Shown here piece by piece: positions 48,368 to 57,816 of a stretch of 64,000 nucleotides of DNA. A model generated the notes under the pieces. That model saw only the letters and a list, made by a program, of their open reading frames with translations, searched no databases and was not told the origin of the DNA. The translations under genes and the position numbers were made by a program. The stretch's first letter is position 1. Each line of letters opens with the position of its first letter. The DNA lies in contig OZ244070.1 in NCBI GenBank assembly GCA_965215605.1, forward strand, positions 1,120,001 to 1,184,000, given 5' to 3'. Origin of the DNA: an uncultured Candidatus Binatia bacterium. Lineage in GTDB: Bacteria; Desulfobacterota; Binatia; UBA9968; JAJDTQ01.

Positions 48368-49381
48368 GTGTTGACGGACCAATTGAATCGCCCGCTGCGT
48401 GACCTGCGGATTTCCGTGACCGACCGGTGCAACTTCCGCTGCACCTACTGCATGCCGTTCGACCACTACGACTGGATCGACAAGCGGGAGATCCTTACCT
48501 ACGAGGAGATCGGCCGGGTGGTGCGGCTGGCCGCGCCCCTGGGAGTGCGGAAGATCCGGCTGACCGGGGGCGAGCCCTTGCTGCGGCGCGACCTGCCGGA
48601 TCTGGTCCGTCAGCTCGCGGGCATCCCGGGCATCGACGATGTCGCCCTCACCACCAACGGCGCGCGCCTGGGCGAGATGGCCGGGGCATTGCGCTCGGCC
48701 GGGCTGGGACGCATCAACGTCAGCATCGACAGCCTCGACCCGGAACGGTTCCGGCAGGTCACCAAACGGGGGGACCTGGACGACGTCCTGAAGGGGCTGT
48801 TCGCGGCCCGGGAGGCCGGACTGGACCCCATCAAGATCAACGCGGTGATCGAACGCGGCGTCAACGAGGAAGACATTCTCCCGCTGGTGGAGCTCGGACG
48901 GACCCACGGCTTCGTGGTGCGGTTCATCGAATACATGGACGTGGGGACGGCCAACGCATGGCGGCTGGAGCGGACCGTGCCGAAGGCGGAGATCGTGCAG
49001 CGGATCGGCGCGCGCTATCCGCTGGATCCGGTGGGCAGGGCCGACGGCAACGCCCCGGCGGTGGACTACGCCTTCCGCGACGGCAAGGGTACCGTGGGCG
49101 TGGTGGCGTCCGTCACCGAGCCGTTCTGTGGGACCTGCAGCCGCGGCCGCCTCACCGCGGACGGTCGCCTGGTCACCTGCCTCTTCTCCCGCACCGGGCA
49201 CGACCTCAAGGCCCAGCTCCGGAACGGCGCCGGCGACGACGAGATCCGGCAGTGGCTGGAGGCCATCTGGACCGGCCGCAAGGACCGCTTTTCGGCCGAG
49301 CGGCTCGAAGCCATCCGCTCTCCCGACGGCTACGACCCCGGACAGCACGACAAGATCGAGATGATTACGCTGGGGGGTTGA
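48368..49381 (+). CDS. moaA: GTP 3',8-cyclase MoaA
   Basis: LRISVTDRCNFRCTYCMP, FCGTCSRGR...C, C-terminal GG. Confidence 0.96.
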   Translation: MLTDQLNRPLRDLRISVTDRCNFRCTYCMPFDHYDWIDKREILTYEEIGRVVRLAAPLGVRKIRLTGGEPLLRRDLPDLVRQLAGIPGIDDVALTTNGARLGEMAGALRSAGLGRINVSIDSLDPERFRQVTKRGDLDDVLKGLFAAREAGLDPIKINAVIERGVNEEDILPLVELGRTHGFVVRFIEYMDVGTANAWRLERTVPKAEIVQRIGARYPLDPVGRADGNAPAVDYAFRDGKGTVGVVASVTEPFCGTCSRGRLTADGRLVTCLFSRTGHDLKAQLRNGAGDDEIRQWLEAIWTGRKDRFSAERLEAIRSPDGYDPGQHDKIEMITLGG

Positions 49382-49483
49382 CGCGCGTCGCGGCCGGCCC
49401 CCATGGCCGGCGTTCTCTTCTCGTGTCTCCGTCCGTCCCCGGTTCAAGCCCTCTTCTCAGAAACACTCTTTTCAGGAATACCC

Positions 49484-50569
49484 ATGCTGCTCATCAACAA
49501 TGAAACCGTCGACGAAATCCTCGACATGAAGGGGTGCATCGACGCCCTGGAAACCGGCTACCGCGACCTGCTGGCGCAGCGGGCGGTCTACCGGCCCCGC
49601 ATCGACCTCTACGTGCCGCAGGAAGAACCCGAACGCATGTACCGCTGGGGGACCATGGAAGGGGCGTCGCGTTCCTTCGGGGTCTTCGCCATCCGCATGA
49701 AGTCGGACATGCTGGAATGGCCGGAGGGCGGCACCGTGGAGAAGTACTGCATGGAGCCCGGCACCTACTGCGGCCTGGTGCTGGTATTCTCGGCGCGGAA
49801 CGCCGAACCCCTGGCGATCATCAACGACGGCATCATCCAGCACATGCGGGTGGGCGCCTGCGCCGGCCTGGCGGCCCGGTACCTGGCCCGGGACGACGCG
49901 GCGGTGGTGGGCATGCTCGGCTCCGGCGGCATGGCGGAGACCTACCTGCGGGCCTTCGCGGAAGTGCGGAAGCTGCGGGAAGTCAAGATCTACAGCCCCA
50001 CCCCGGCCAACCGGGAGGCCTACGCGCGCAAGATGAGCGAGATGCTGGGCGTGCCGGTGACCGCCCGGGAGGGCGTGGAAGAGGTGGTCCGGGGCTCGGA
50101 CATGGTGGCCACCTGCACCGACTCGGTCCGGGTGGTGGTGGAAAATTCCGGCTGGGTGGAGGACGGCGCCTTCGTCACTTGCGTCCGCAGCAACGAATGG
50201 GAACCCGGCATCCTCGACCGCTGCAACGTCATCGTGAAGCTCGGGCGCGGCACCATCGGGACACTGGACGAAGGCATGCGGCGCATCGCCGGATATGCCT
50301 CCTACGTAGCCGGCACCGACGACGAGACGAAGCGCATCGTCAACCCGGGAGTGGACCTGTTCTCCGGCCAGCACCCTCTGCTCACGGATCTCATGGGCGG
50401 CACGGTCCAGGGACGGACCCGGGACTCGGACGTGACGTTGTTCCTGAACGACGGCACCCAGGGGCTCCAGTTCGCCTCGGTGGCCGGGTACGTGGTGCGG
50501 AAAGCTCGGGAGCTGGGCGCCGGCCGGGAGATTCCCAGGGAATGGTTTACCCAGGATATACGGGACTAG
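49484..50569 (+). CDS. Ornithine cyclodeaminase / mu-crystallin family protein
   Basis: MRVGA, GMLGSGGMA, ATCTDS, QGLQFA. Confidence 0.88.
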   Translation: MLLINNETVDEILDMKGCIDALETGYRDLLAQRAVYRPRIDLYVPQEEPERMYRWGTMEGASRSFGVFAIRMKSDMLEWPEGGTVEKYCMEPGTYCGLVLVFSARNAEPLAIINDGIIQHMRVGACAGLAARYLARDDAAVVGMLGSGGMAETYLRAFAEVRKLREVKIYSPTPANREAYARKMSEMLGVPVTAREGVEEVVRGSDMVATCTDSVRVVVENSGWVEDGAFVTCVRSNEWEPGILDRCNVIVKLGRGTIGTLDEGMRRIAGYASYVAGTDDETKRIVNPGVDLFSGQHPLLTDLMGGTVQGRTRDSDVTLFLNDGTQGLQFASVAGYVVRKARELGAGREIPREWFTQDIRD

Positions 50570-50597
50570 GACGTGGTATTGGAGGGAGAGCTGACGG

Positions 50598-51593
50598 ATG
50601 CTCAAGGTCATTCCAGTTGAAGAAGCGGTGGGCCTCCGCCTGGCCCACGACATCACCGAGATCATACCGGGAGGGCACAAGGGTCCCCGGTTCAAGCGCG
50701 GACACCTCATCGCCGAGGAGGACGTGCCGCGGCTGCTGGACGTGGGCAAAGCCCACATCTACATCATGGATCTCGATCCGGACGACCTGCACGAAGAGGA
50801 CGCCGCCGAACGACTGGCGCGGGCCTCGGCCGGAAACGGCCTGACGCTCACCGACCCGAGCGAGGGCCGGGTCAACCTGGTGGCGGAACGAGACGGCATG
50901 CTGGAGGTGGACGAGGAGCGGTTGTTCCGTTTCAACGAGCTGGGAGACCTCATCCTCGCCACCCTTCCCTCCGGCGGGTTCGTCCGGGAAGGCACGGTGG
51001 TGGGCGGCACCCGCACCATCCCGGTGGTGGTAAAGGAAGACTTGGTGGCACGGGCGGAAGCCCTGTGCAAGGACGGTTCCATCGTGTCTGTGACGGCCAT
51101 GCCGGCCAGGAAGGTCTTCCTGCTGGTGACCGGCAGCGAGGTCTTCACCGGCCGGATCACGGACGGCTTCGAGCCGAGGGTGCGGGAAAAGGTTGAGGGC
51201 ATGGGCTCGATCCTGGAGCCGGTCACCCTGGCCCCGGACGATCCCGACGTCATCGCCGGCCACATCAAGGACTTCGCCGCCAAGGGCGCGGAGATCATCC
51301 TGGTGAGCGGCGGCATGTCCGTGGACCCCGACGACCTCACTCCCGAAGGCATCCGCCGCAGCGGCGCCGACGTGGTCTCACACGGCTTCCCGGTGCTCCC
51401 CGGCTCCATGTTCCTCATGAGCTACCTGGAGGACATACCGGTCCTCGGCCTGTCCGGGTGCGTCCTGCACGACCCGGTCACCGCCTTCGATTTCATGCTG
51501 CCCAAGCTCCTGGCAGGGACCCGTGTCACCCGGGAAGACATCCTGCGCATGGGTCACGGCGGACTGCAAAAGAAACACTCGCACCATCACTGA
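50598..51593 (+). CDS. Molybdopterin-binding (MoeA-like) protein
   Basis: LAHDITEI, VTGSEV, GGMSVDPDD, PVLPGSMF. Confidence 0.88.
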   Translation: MLKVIPVEEAVGLRLAHDITEIIPGGHKGPRFKRGHLIAEEDVPRLLDVGKAHIYIMDLDPDDLHEEDAAERLARASAGNGLTLTDPSEGRVNLVAERDGMLEVDEERLFRFNELGDLILATLPSGGFVREGTVVGGTRTIPVVVKEDLVARAEALCKDGSIVSVTAMPARKVFLLVTGSEVFTGRITDGFEPRVREKVEGMGSILEPVTLAPDDPDVIAGHIKDFAAKGAEIILVSGGMSVDPDDLTPEGIRRSGADVVSHGFPVLPGSMFLMSYLEDIPVLGLSGCVLHDPVTAFDFMLPKLLAGTRVTREDILRMGHGGLQKKHSHHH

Positions 51594-51637
51594 AGTGCCA
51601 AGGGCGGAATGGACCCGGGGTCCAGCGGCCGGGGGGA

Positions 51638-51709
51638 CTAGGAGCTTGCGCCGCAGGAATTCACGGCTGCAAATTCGCTCTCGCGAATTCCTACGGCGCA
51701 AGCTCCTAG
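51638..51709. mobile_element. MITE-like palindromic element flanked by CTAG
   Basis: 28-bp inverted arms with 2 mismatches around a 16-nt spacer. Confidence 0.6.
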
Positions 51710-51759
51710 GGCAACACTGGGCGGCCCTCACGTCTGAATGGCGGATGAGTGGGGTCCGG

Positions 51760-52470
51760 TCACACCGGGATCTGGGTGACCACGACGCGGCCGTCGCCGT
51801 GGAGCCGGATGGCGTTGACGGTGCCTGCGTAGCTTGGGGAGCCGGAGTAGTAGGCGGGGATCTGCCGGTCGCCCACCTGGACGGCGCGGTTCCAGTGGCC
51901 CAGGGCGACGTAGTCGGCGCCGCTGGTGGTGAGGTCCTCCTGGCGGATCAGCCACGAGCCGAGCAGCACCTCCGGCCTGGGCTGGTCTTCCACGTAGTGG
52001 CCGTGGGCCACCGCCAACTGCCAGCGGGTGCGCCGTTCCGGAGGCTCGGGCAGCGGCATCATGTCCAGGTAGTCCACGTGGGGGCGACCCCAGACCTCCA
52101 GGTCCAGCTCCGGGAAGTCGCCACGTTCCGTGGTCAGGCCCAGCACGTGCACGTTGCCGGCGTCGCCGAACTCGGCCCTGCGGTAGACGGAATCCGGGGT
52201 CAACGGGTCGTGGTTGCCCGGCAGGATGACGATGGGAAGCCCGGCGTCCGCCATGACGCCCGAAACCTCCTCCAGAAACGTGCCGCCCTGGCGGTTGTGG
52301 TCGAAGGTATCTCCCGCGAGAATAACGAGGTCGGCCTGCTGGGCCCGGGCCGCGGCAAGGACCTGCTGGAGCACCGGCATGTTGCCGGATACATCGTCGG
52401 TCAGGATACTGTCGGCGCCCAGATGCAGGTCGGACGTGTGGACGATCAGGACTTCGCTTGCTTCGCTCAT
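51760..52470 (-). CDS. Metallophosphoesterase (SbcD/Mre11-like nuclease domain)
   Basis: SDLHLG, AGDTFD, PGNHD, AHGH, ALGHWN, YSGSP. Confidence 0.88.
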   Translation of the reverse strand: MSEASEVLIVHTSDLHLGADSILTDDVSGNMPVLQQVLAAARAQQADLVILAGDTFDHNRQGGTFLEEVSGVMADAGLPIVILPGNHDPLTPDSVYRRAEFGDAGNVHVLGLTTERGDFPELDLEVWGRPHVDYLDMMPLPEPPERRTRWQLAVAHGHYVEDQPRPEVLLGSWLIRQEDLTTSGADYVALGHWNRAVQVGDRQIPAYYSGSPSYAGTVNAIRLHGDGRVVVTQIPV

Positions 52471-52488
52471 GTTCCCTGCGCCCGCGGG

Positions 52489-53511
52489 CTACTTCATGAG
52501 CTCGGCGTTGATTTCATCCAGCGAGCTGGCCGGCGGCTGCACCGCGTCCTGGTCCAGATAGGCCAGCGGCGTGTCGCAGAGATTGAGGTCGTCGATGAAC
52601 TCCGCCCGCTCTTCGTTGAGATAGATGAGGCCGGTGAGGAACTTGTGCTCGGCCACCGCGGCATGAAGCGCGGTCGCCGCCTGCATCCGGTTGGTGGGAT
52701 CGTAGTTGTGCCCGAGCTTGTGCAACGTGATCCGCGAACCGTCGTGCAGGGTCACCTCCTGATCGGTGCCTTCCTGGTAATCCACCTCGATGTTCTCGTA
52801 GGGCGGAATGAAGTCGATGTCGTGGAGCGGGTCCAGGTGCTCCCGGATGTACTTGAGGCTCTTGGTGGAGCCGGAATGGTCGTTGAACGTGACGCAGGGG
52901 CTCAGCACGTCCAGGATGGCGGTCCCCTTGTGGGCCACGGCGCCCTGGATCAACGGCGCGAGTTGCTTCCGGTCGCCGGAAAAGCTCCGGCCCACATAGG
53001 TGGCGCCGAGGGTGATGGCCAGCTCGCACAGGTCGATGGCGGGCATGTCGTTGATCTTGCCGCCCTTCATCACGGTGCCTTCATCCGCGGTGGCGGAAAA
53101 CTGGCCCTTGGTGAGCCCGTACACGCCGTTGTTCTCCACGACGTAGGTGATGTTCACGTTGCGGCGCATCATGTGGCAGAAGTTGCCGAGGCCGATGGCC
53201 GAAGTGTCGCCGTCGCCGGAGATCCCCAAGGGGACCATGGTATGGTTGCCGACATTGGCGCCGGTGGCCACCGAGGCCATGCGGCCGTGCACCGCGTTGA
53301 TGCCGAAGGCCTGGTTCATGAAGTAGTTCGGCGTCTTCGACGAGCAGCCGATGCCGCTCATCTTGATGACGTTGCGCGGGTCCACGCTGCTGGCGAAGAA
53401 CGCGCGCATGATGGACGCGGAGATGGCGTCATGGCCGCAGCCGCGGCACATGGTGGAGTCCGCCCCCTTGTAGTCTTTTTCCGTCAGATCGACGCGATTT
53501 GCTTTTGCCAT
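52489..53511 (-). CDS. 2-oxoacid:ferredoxin oxidoreductase beta subunit
   Basis: CRGCGH, SGIGCSS, GDGD, NNGVYGLTKGQ, SPCVTFN. Confidence 0.95.
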   Translation of the reverse strand: MAKANRVDLTEKDYKGADSTMCRGCGHDAISASIMRAFFASSVDPRNVIKMSGIGCSSKTPNYFMNQAFGINAVHGRMASVATGANVGNHTMVPLGISGDGDTSAIGLGNFCHMMRRNVNITYVVENNGVYGLTKGQFSATADEGTVMKGGKINDMPAIDLCELAITLGATYVGRSFSGDRKQLAPLIQGAVAHKGTAILDVLSPCVTFNDHSGSTKSLKYIREHLDPLHDIDFIPPYENIEVDYQEGTDQEVTLHDGSRITLHKLGHNYDPTNRMQAATALHAAVAEHKFLTGLIYLNEERAEFIDDLNLCDTPLAYLDQDAVQPPASSLDEINAELMK

Positions 53512-55346
53512 GGTTCATCTACCTTCGTTCCGATACCGTTGTTGACTGCTTCGCGATGCTGCTCCACCTGCCGCACGATCTCGCCGGCGGTGGCGGGAAG
53601 GCCGTCGTAAATGAGGATGCTGGCGATCCGGGTGGCGAACTCCGGATATTCTTCCCTGAATATGGCGGCCATCTGACCGTCGCGGTTCTGCTCCATGAGA
53701 TAGACCACATCATGGGCGGCCACGAACTCCCGCACCTCGTCCGCCAGGGGCAGCGCCCGCAGCAGCAGGTGGTTGGTGTCCACGCCGGCGGCCCTCAGGC
53801 GGTCGCGCGCTTCGCGCACGGCCTCGTAGCTCGACCCGAAGCAGATCACCCCGGCGCTGATGTCCGCCGCATACTCGATCAACGGCTTGGGCACGTAGGT
53901 ACGCGCCGTCTCGTACTTCTGCCGCAGCCGGTCCAGCGTGTCCTTGTAGTCCTTCTCATCCTCTGAGTAGCGCGCCTGGGAGTCGTGGCCGGAGCCGCGC
54001 GCAAAGTAGGCCGCCAGCGGATGGCGATTGCCGGGAATCGTCCGCTGCGGGATACCGTCGCCGTCCACGTCCAGGTAGCGCGCGAAGCTTCCCTGCCGGT
54101 CCAGATCCTCCGCGCTGAGGACCTTGCCGCGATCAAAGGGTTCCTGCAACAGCTCCAGCGGATCCGACCCCCAGAGGTTCATGCCCAGATCCAGGTCCAT
54201 CATGACGAACACGGGGGTCTGGAAACGTTCGGCCACGTCGAAACTCTTGCGCGCCAGGTCGAAGCTGGACTTCATGTCGTGGGGGATGAGGATGATGTGG
54301 CGCGTGTCGCCGTGGGAGGCCACGTGCATCAACTGGATGTCGGCCTGCTGGGTGCGTGTCGGGAGTCCCGTGGAGGGGCCGCCGCGCTGGATGATGAAGT
54401 ATACGCCGGGGATCTCCGCGAAGTACTGCAGGCCCAGGGTCTCGTTCATGAGCGAGACGCCCGGCCCCGAGGTGGAGGTCATGGCCCGGGCACCCATCCA
54501 TCCGGCGCCCGCCACCATGTTGGTGGCGGCGATCTCGTCCTCGGCCTGGACCACCGCGTAGGTGTTCTTGCCGTCCTTGTCCTTGCGCAACCGCGGCAGG
54601 TACCGCTCCAGCGCCTCGGCCAGGGAGCTGGACGGGGTGATGGGGTACCAGGCGCAGAATGTGACCCCGCCGTAGATCGCGCCCAGCGCGCAGGCGGTGT
54701 TGCCCTCGGTGACGATCTTGCCGTCGTTGCCGCCGGGGATCTTTTCCAGCATGGCGATGGACTGGCTCAGGCCGTTGTCCCGCATGTGATTGTAGCCGAG
54801 CTCGATACAGAGCAGGTTGGACTCGATGACCGCCGGCTTGTTGCCGAAGGTGTCGCTCAGCACCTCCCGGATCGTGTCCATGTCGATGCCGAAGAGGTAG
54901 GCCAGGGCGCCCACGTACAGCATGTTGCGCTGCTTGGCCCGCAACGGCCCCGCTTCCACGTGCTTCTGCACCAGAGCGTTGGCGGGGACGCCGAGATACT
55001 GGACGCCGTCGCGCTTCAGGTGGTCCGGCAGCGGCTTGGTGTCGTCGTAAAGGATCAGCCCGCCGTCCCGGACCCGGTAGATATCCTTGTCCGAGGTGTC
55101 GTCGTTGAACATGACCATGACGTCGATGACGTCCTTCCGTCCGAGGTAGCCGTCGGCGTTGGCCCGGATCTGGTACCAGGTGGGCAGCCCCTGGATGTTG
55201 GACGGAAACATGTTCTTCGAGGAGCAGGGGATGCCCATCTTGAAGATGGACTTGAACAGGATATTGTTGGACGAGGCACTTCCCGAACCGTTGGCAGTAG
55301 CGACGCTAATGCTGAGATCGTTGACAACGGGCATGTCGTTCTCCAT
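53484..55346 (-). CDS. 2-oxoacid:acceptor oxidoreductase alpha subunit
   Basis: YPITPSS, QAEDEIAA, TSGPG, QRGGPSTGLPT. Confidence 0.95.
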   Translation of the reverse strand: MENDMPVVNDLSISVATANGSGSASSNNILFKSIFKMGIPCSSKNMFPSNIQGLPTWYQIRANADGYLGRKDVIDVMVMFNDDTSDKDIYRVRDGGLILYDDTKPLPDHLKRDGVQYLGVPANALVQKHVEAGPLRAKQRNMLYVGALAYLFGIDMDTIREVLSDTFGNKPAVIESNLLCIELGYNHMRDNGLSQSIAMLEKIPGGNDGKIVTEGNTACALGAIYGGVTFCAWYPITPSSSLAEALERYLPRLRKDKDGKNTYAVVQAEDEIAATNMVAGAGWMGARAMTSTSGPGVSLMNETLGLQYFAEIPGVYFIIQRGGPSTGLPTRTQQADIQLMHVASHGDTRHIILIPHDMKSSFDLARKSFDVAERFQTPVFVMMDLDLGMNLWGSDPLELLQEPFDRGKVLSAEDLDRQGSFARYLDVDGDGIPQRTIPGNRHPLAAYFARGSGHDSQARYSEDEKDYKDTLDRLRQKYETARTYVPKPLIEYAADISAGVICFGSSYEAVREARDRLRAAGVDTNHLLLRALPLADEVREFVAAHDVVYLMEQNRDGQMAAIFREEYPEFATRIASILIYDGLPATAGEIVRQVEQHREAVNNGIGTKVDEPWQKQIASI

Positions 55347-55462
55347 TGTTGTGGGGCGAAGCGTGTTGGCTCGCTAGTCTACCAACAGAACGTAACCGAA
55401 ACAAGGACTTAACCCTTTTTTGACAGTGAATGCCGCACCATGACGGCGGTTTTCCCTCCGGC

Positions 55463-56323
55463 CTAACCCGGCGTATAGTTCTCCTCCGACTCCCAGAACT
55501 CCTCGATCTCCTTCCAGGCCTTGCGGACAACATCGTCGATGTCGAGGGCCTTGGCGTATTGCAGCACGTCTCCCACGGAGACGATGCCCGCCAACTCGCC
55601 GCCGTCGCCGGCCACGGGCATGTGACGAAACCCGTTGTCGCGCATCTGCGCCAACACTTCCTGGACCGGCGTTGACCCGCTGGTGACCACCGGATCGGGA
55701 GTCATGACCTCCGACACCGGCACCTGCCCCATGTCCCGGTCTTCCAGGGCGATCCGCGTCAGCACGTCCCGCTCGGTAAAAATGCCCCCGGTCTTGCCTT
55801 CGACGGAAACCATGACGCAGCCCGTCTGCTCCCGCACCAACTTGTCGATGACCTTGGTCACCGGCATGGAGCCATCCACGGCCAGGACCGCGCCGGAAAC
55901 CACCTCGCCCACGGTTCGCGAGTCTCGCAGGTTCGCGCCGAGCTCCACCACCAGGTTGAGTATCCGCCGCATGGAGACAAGGCCGACCATGCGCCGGTTG
56001 TCGCTGTAGACCACCAGGTGGCGGTAACGCCCCTTGTACATCCGTCCCAACACCTCGACGATGGAGGTCCCCTCGGGAACCCCCTGGACCGGGGTGGTCA
56101 TGACCCGTCGTATGGGCGTCTTGTGAACGTCCAGCACGCGGTTCATCACCCGTCTCAGGATGTCGGTTTCGGTGAAGATACCGGCCGGGGCGTCGTTCTC
56201 GGTAATGACTACCCGGCCCACCCGGCGATCCACCATGAGCCGGGTGACCTGCCGGATGGTGCTCGACGGCTCGGCGGTGATGACCGCGGTCGTCATGATC
56301 TCGCTTACCTTGTTGGACAGCAT
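55463..56323 (-). CDS. CBS domain protein (4 CBS)
   Basis: GIFTETDI, GIFTERDV, FRHMPV...GIVSVGDV. Confidence 0.9.
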   Translation of the reverse strand: MLSNKVSEIMTTAVITAEPSSTIRQVTRLMVDRRVGRVVITENDAPAGIFTETDILRRVMNRVLDVHKTPIRRVMTTPVQGVPEGTSIVEVLGRMYKGRYRHLVVYSDNRRMVGLVSMRRILNLVVELGANLRDSRTVGEVVSGAVLAVDGSMPVTKVIDKLVREQTGCVMVSVEGKTGGIFTERDVLTRIALEDRDMGQVPVSEVMTPDPVVTSGSTPVQEVLAQMRDNGFRHMPVAGDGGELAGIVSVGDVLQYAKALDIDDVVRKAWKEIEEFWESEENYTPG

Positions 56324-56427
56324 GGAAAACCTCCAGAACGCCGGGCAAGGCGGACCAAGGCGTTGCCTCGGCGACAAATCGGGTTCGTGTCCTGCCAGGT
56401 CGGCCGGCGCGCCGGTCCGCATCTGAA

Positions 56428-56456
56428 TTGACCCGCCAGGACACTCGTCCTACACT
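56428..56456 (+). promoter_or_regulatory. sigma70-type promoter
   Basis: TTGACC-17nt-TACACT; implies the M48 gene starts at 56493 rather than 56457. Confidence 0.55.
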
Positions 56457-56492
56457 ATGATAACCACAGCGCTCCGTCTTACGCAATTTCTC

Positions 56493-57797
56493 ATGGAAAT
56501 GGTCATCGCCTGCTTGTTCCTGGGCTTTCTGTCCGCGGAGCTGATCGTCGAATCCCTGCTCAACGAAGCCAACATGCGGCACCTGGAACGGCAGTGGCGG
56601 CAGGGCCGGCCGCCGGACCGGTTCGCCGCCGACATCAGCCCCGAAACCCGCGAAAAATCGGTACGTTATGCCCTGTCCCAAGGACGCTTTGCGCGCTGCT
56701 CGACGGTCTACGGCGTAGCGCTGACGCTGCTTGTGCTGTTCGGCGGGGTGCTGCCGCGGGTGGACCGGCTCGCCCGCGAGGCGGGGGCGTTCCTGCCGGT
56801 GCCGGAGGCCGCCGGCATCCTGTTCTGTCTCGCCGTCGGCGGGGTCTTCGCGGTCATGTCGCTGCCCCTGAGAGTCTATTCGACCTTCGTGCTGGAGGAG
56901 CGCTTCGGCTTCAACAAGACGGACGCGCGCACTTTCGTCATGGACCGGCTCAAGGGCACGGTCCTGGCGGTGGTGATCGGGGCGCCGTTTCTCTACGGCG
57001 TGCTGTGGCTCATGACGGCCGCCGGCGCTTGGTGGTGGGTGTGCGTCTTCGCGTTCATCTTTGCCTTCCAGGGCCTGATGCTGGTGATCTACCCCACCCT
57101 GATCGCGCCGCTCTTCAACCGGTTCTCGCCGGTGGCGGACGACCCGTTGCGGGACGCCATCGCGGAGTTGGCGCAACGGGTGGGTCTCCGGACCAGCGGC
57201 ATCTACACCATGGACGGCTCCAGGCGATCCGGGCATTCCAACGCCTACTTCACCGGCTTGGGAAAGGCCAAGCGCATCGTCCTGTTCGACACGCTGCTGC
57301 AGCAACTGGACCGTCCGCAGCTCCTCTCCGTGCTGGCCCACGAGATGGGACACTACAAGATGCGCCACGTGCTCAAGGGCCTGGCCCTGAGCGCCGTCTT
57401 CACCCTGGCCGGGCTCTGGGTGCTGAGCCTGCTGCTGGACTATCCGCCCCTGTTCCGGGCCTTCGGACTGGACGCGCCGGCCCACCACACGGCGCTGGTC
57501 ATCTTCACGTTGATCTCGGGGCCGTTTACATTCTGGTTGTCGCCGTTTATGAACCAGATTTCGCGGCGGCACGAGTACGAGGCCGACGGCTTCGCGGTTC
57601 GGCTGCTGGACGACGGCAAGCCCCTGGAAGAGGCCCTGGTGGCGCTGACCGTCAACAACCTGAGCAATCCGACGCCCCATCCGTGGTACTCCGCCTACCA
57701 TGACTCGCATCCGGCCACGGCGGAGCGGGTCCGGGCCATCCGGGCCGCGGGCGCGGGACCGGGCAGGGACACGGCAGCGGCAGGCGCCGCCGGATGA
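56493..57797 (+). CDS. M48 family metallopeptidase (Ste24/CAAX protease-like)
   Basis: NAYFTGLG, LAHEMGH, HEYEAD, SHP. Confidence 0.92.
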   Translation: MEMVIACLFLGFLSAELIVESLLNEANMRHLERQWRQGRPPDRFAADISPETREKSVRYALSQGRFARCSTVYGVALTLLVLFGGVLPRVDRLAREAGAFLPVPEAAGILFCLAVGGVFAVMSLPLRVYSTFVLEERFGFNKTDARTFVMDRLKGTVLAVVIGAPFLYGVLWLMTAAGAWWWVCVFAFIFAFQGLMLVIYPTLIAPLFNRFSPVADDPLRDAIAELAQRVGLRTSGIYTMDGSRRSGHSNAYFTGLGKAKRIVLFDTLLQQLDRPQLLSVLAHEMGHYKMRHVLKGLALSAVFTLAGLWVLSLLLDYPPLFRAFGLDAPAHHTALVIFTLISGPFTFWLSPFMNQISRRHEYEADGFAVRLLDDGKPLEEALVALTVNNLSNPTPHPWYSAYHDSHPATAERVRAIRAAGAGPGRDTAAAGAAG

Positions 57798-57816
57798 CGC
57801 TCTCAAAAGGAACCCC

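Noticed and set aside
49451-49481. Imperfect 15-bp tandem repeat (CTCTTCTCAGAAACA / CTCTTTTCAGGAATA)
   Set aside because: Only two degenerate copies; not a CRISPR and no evident function.
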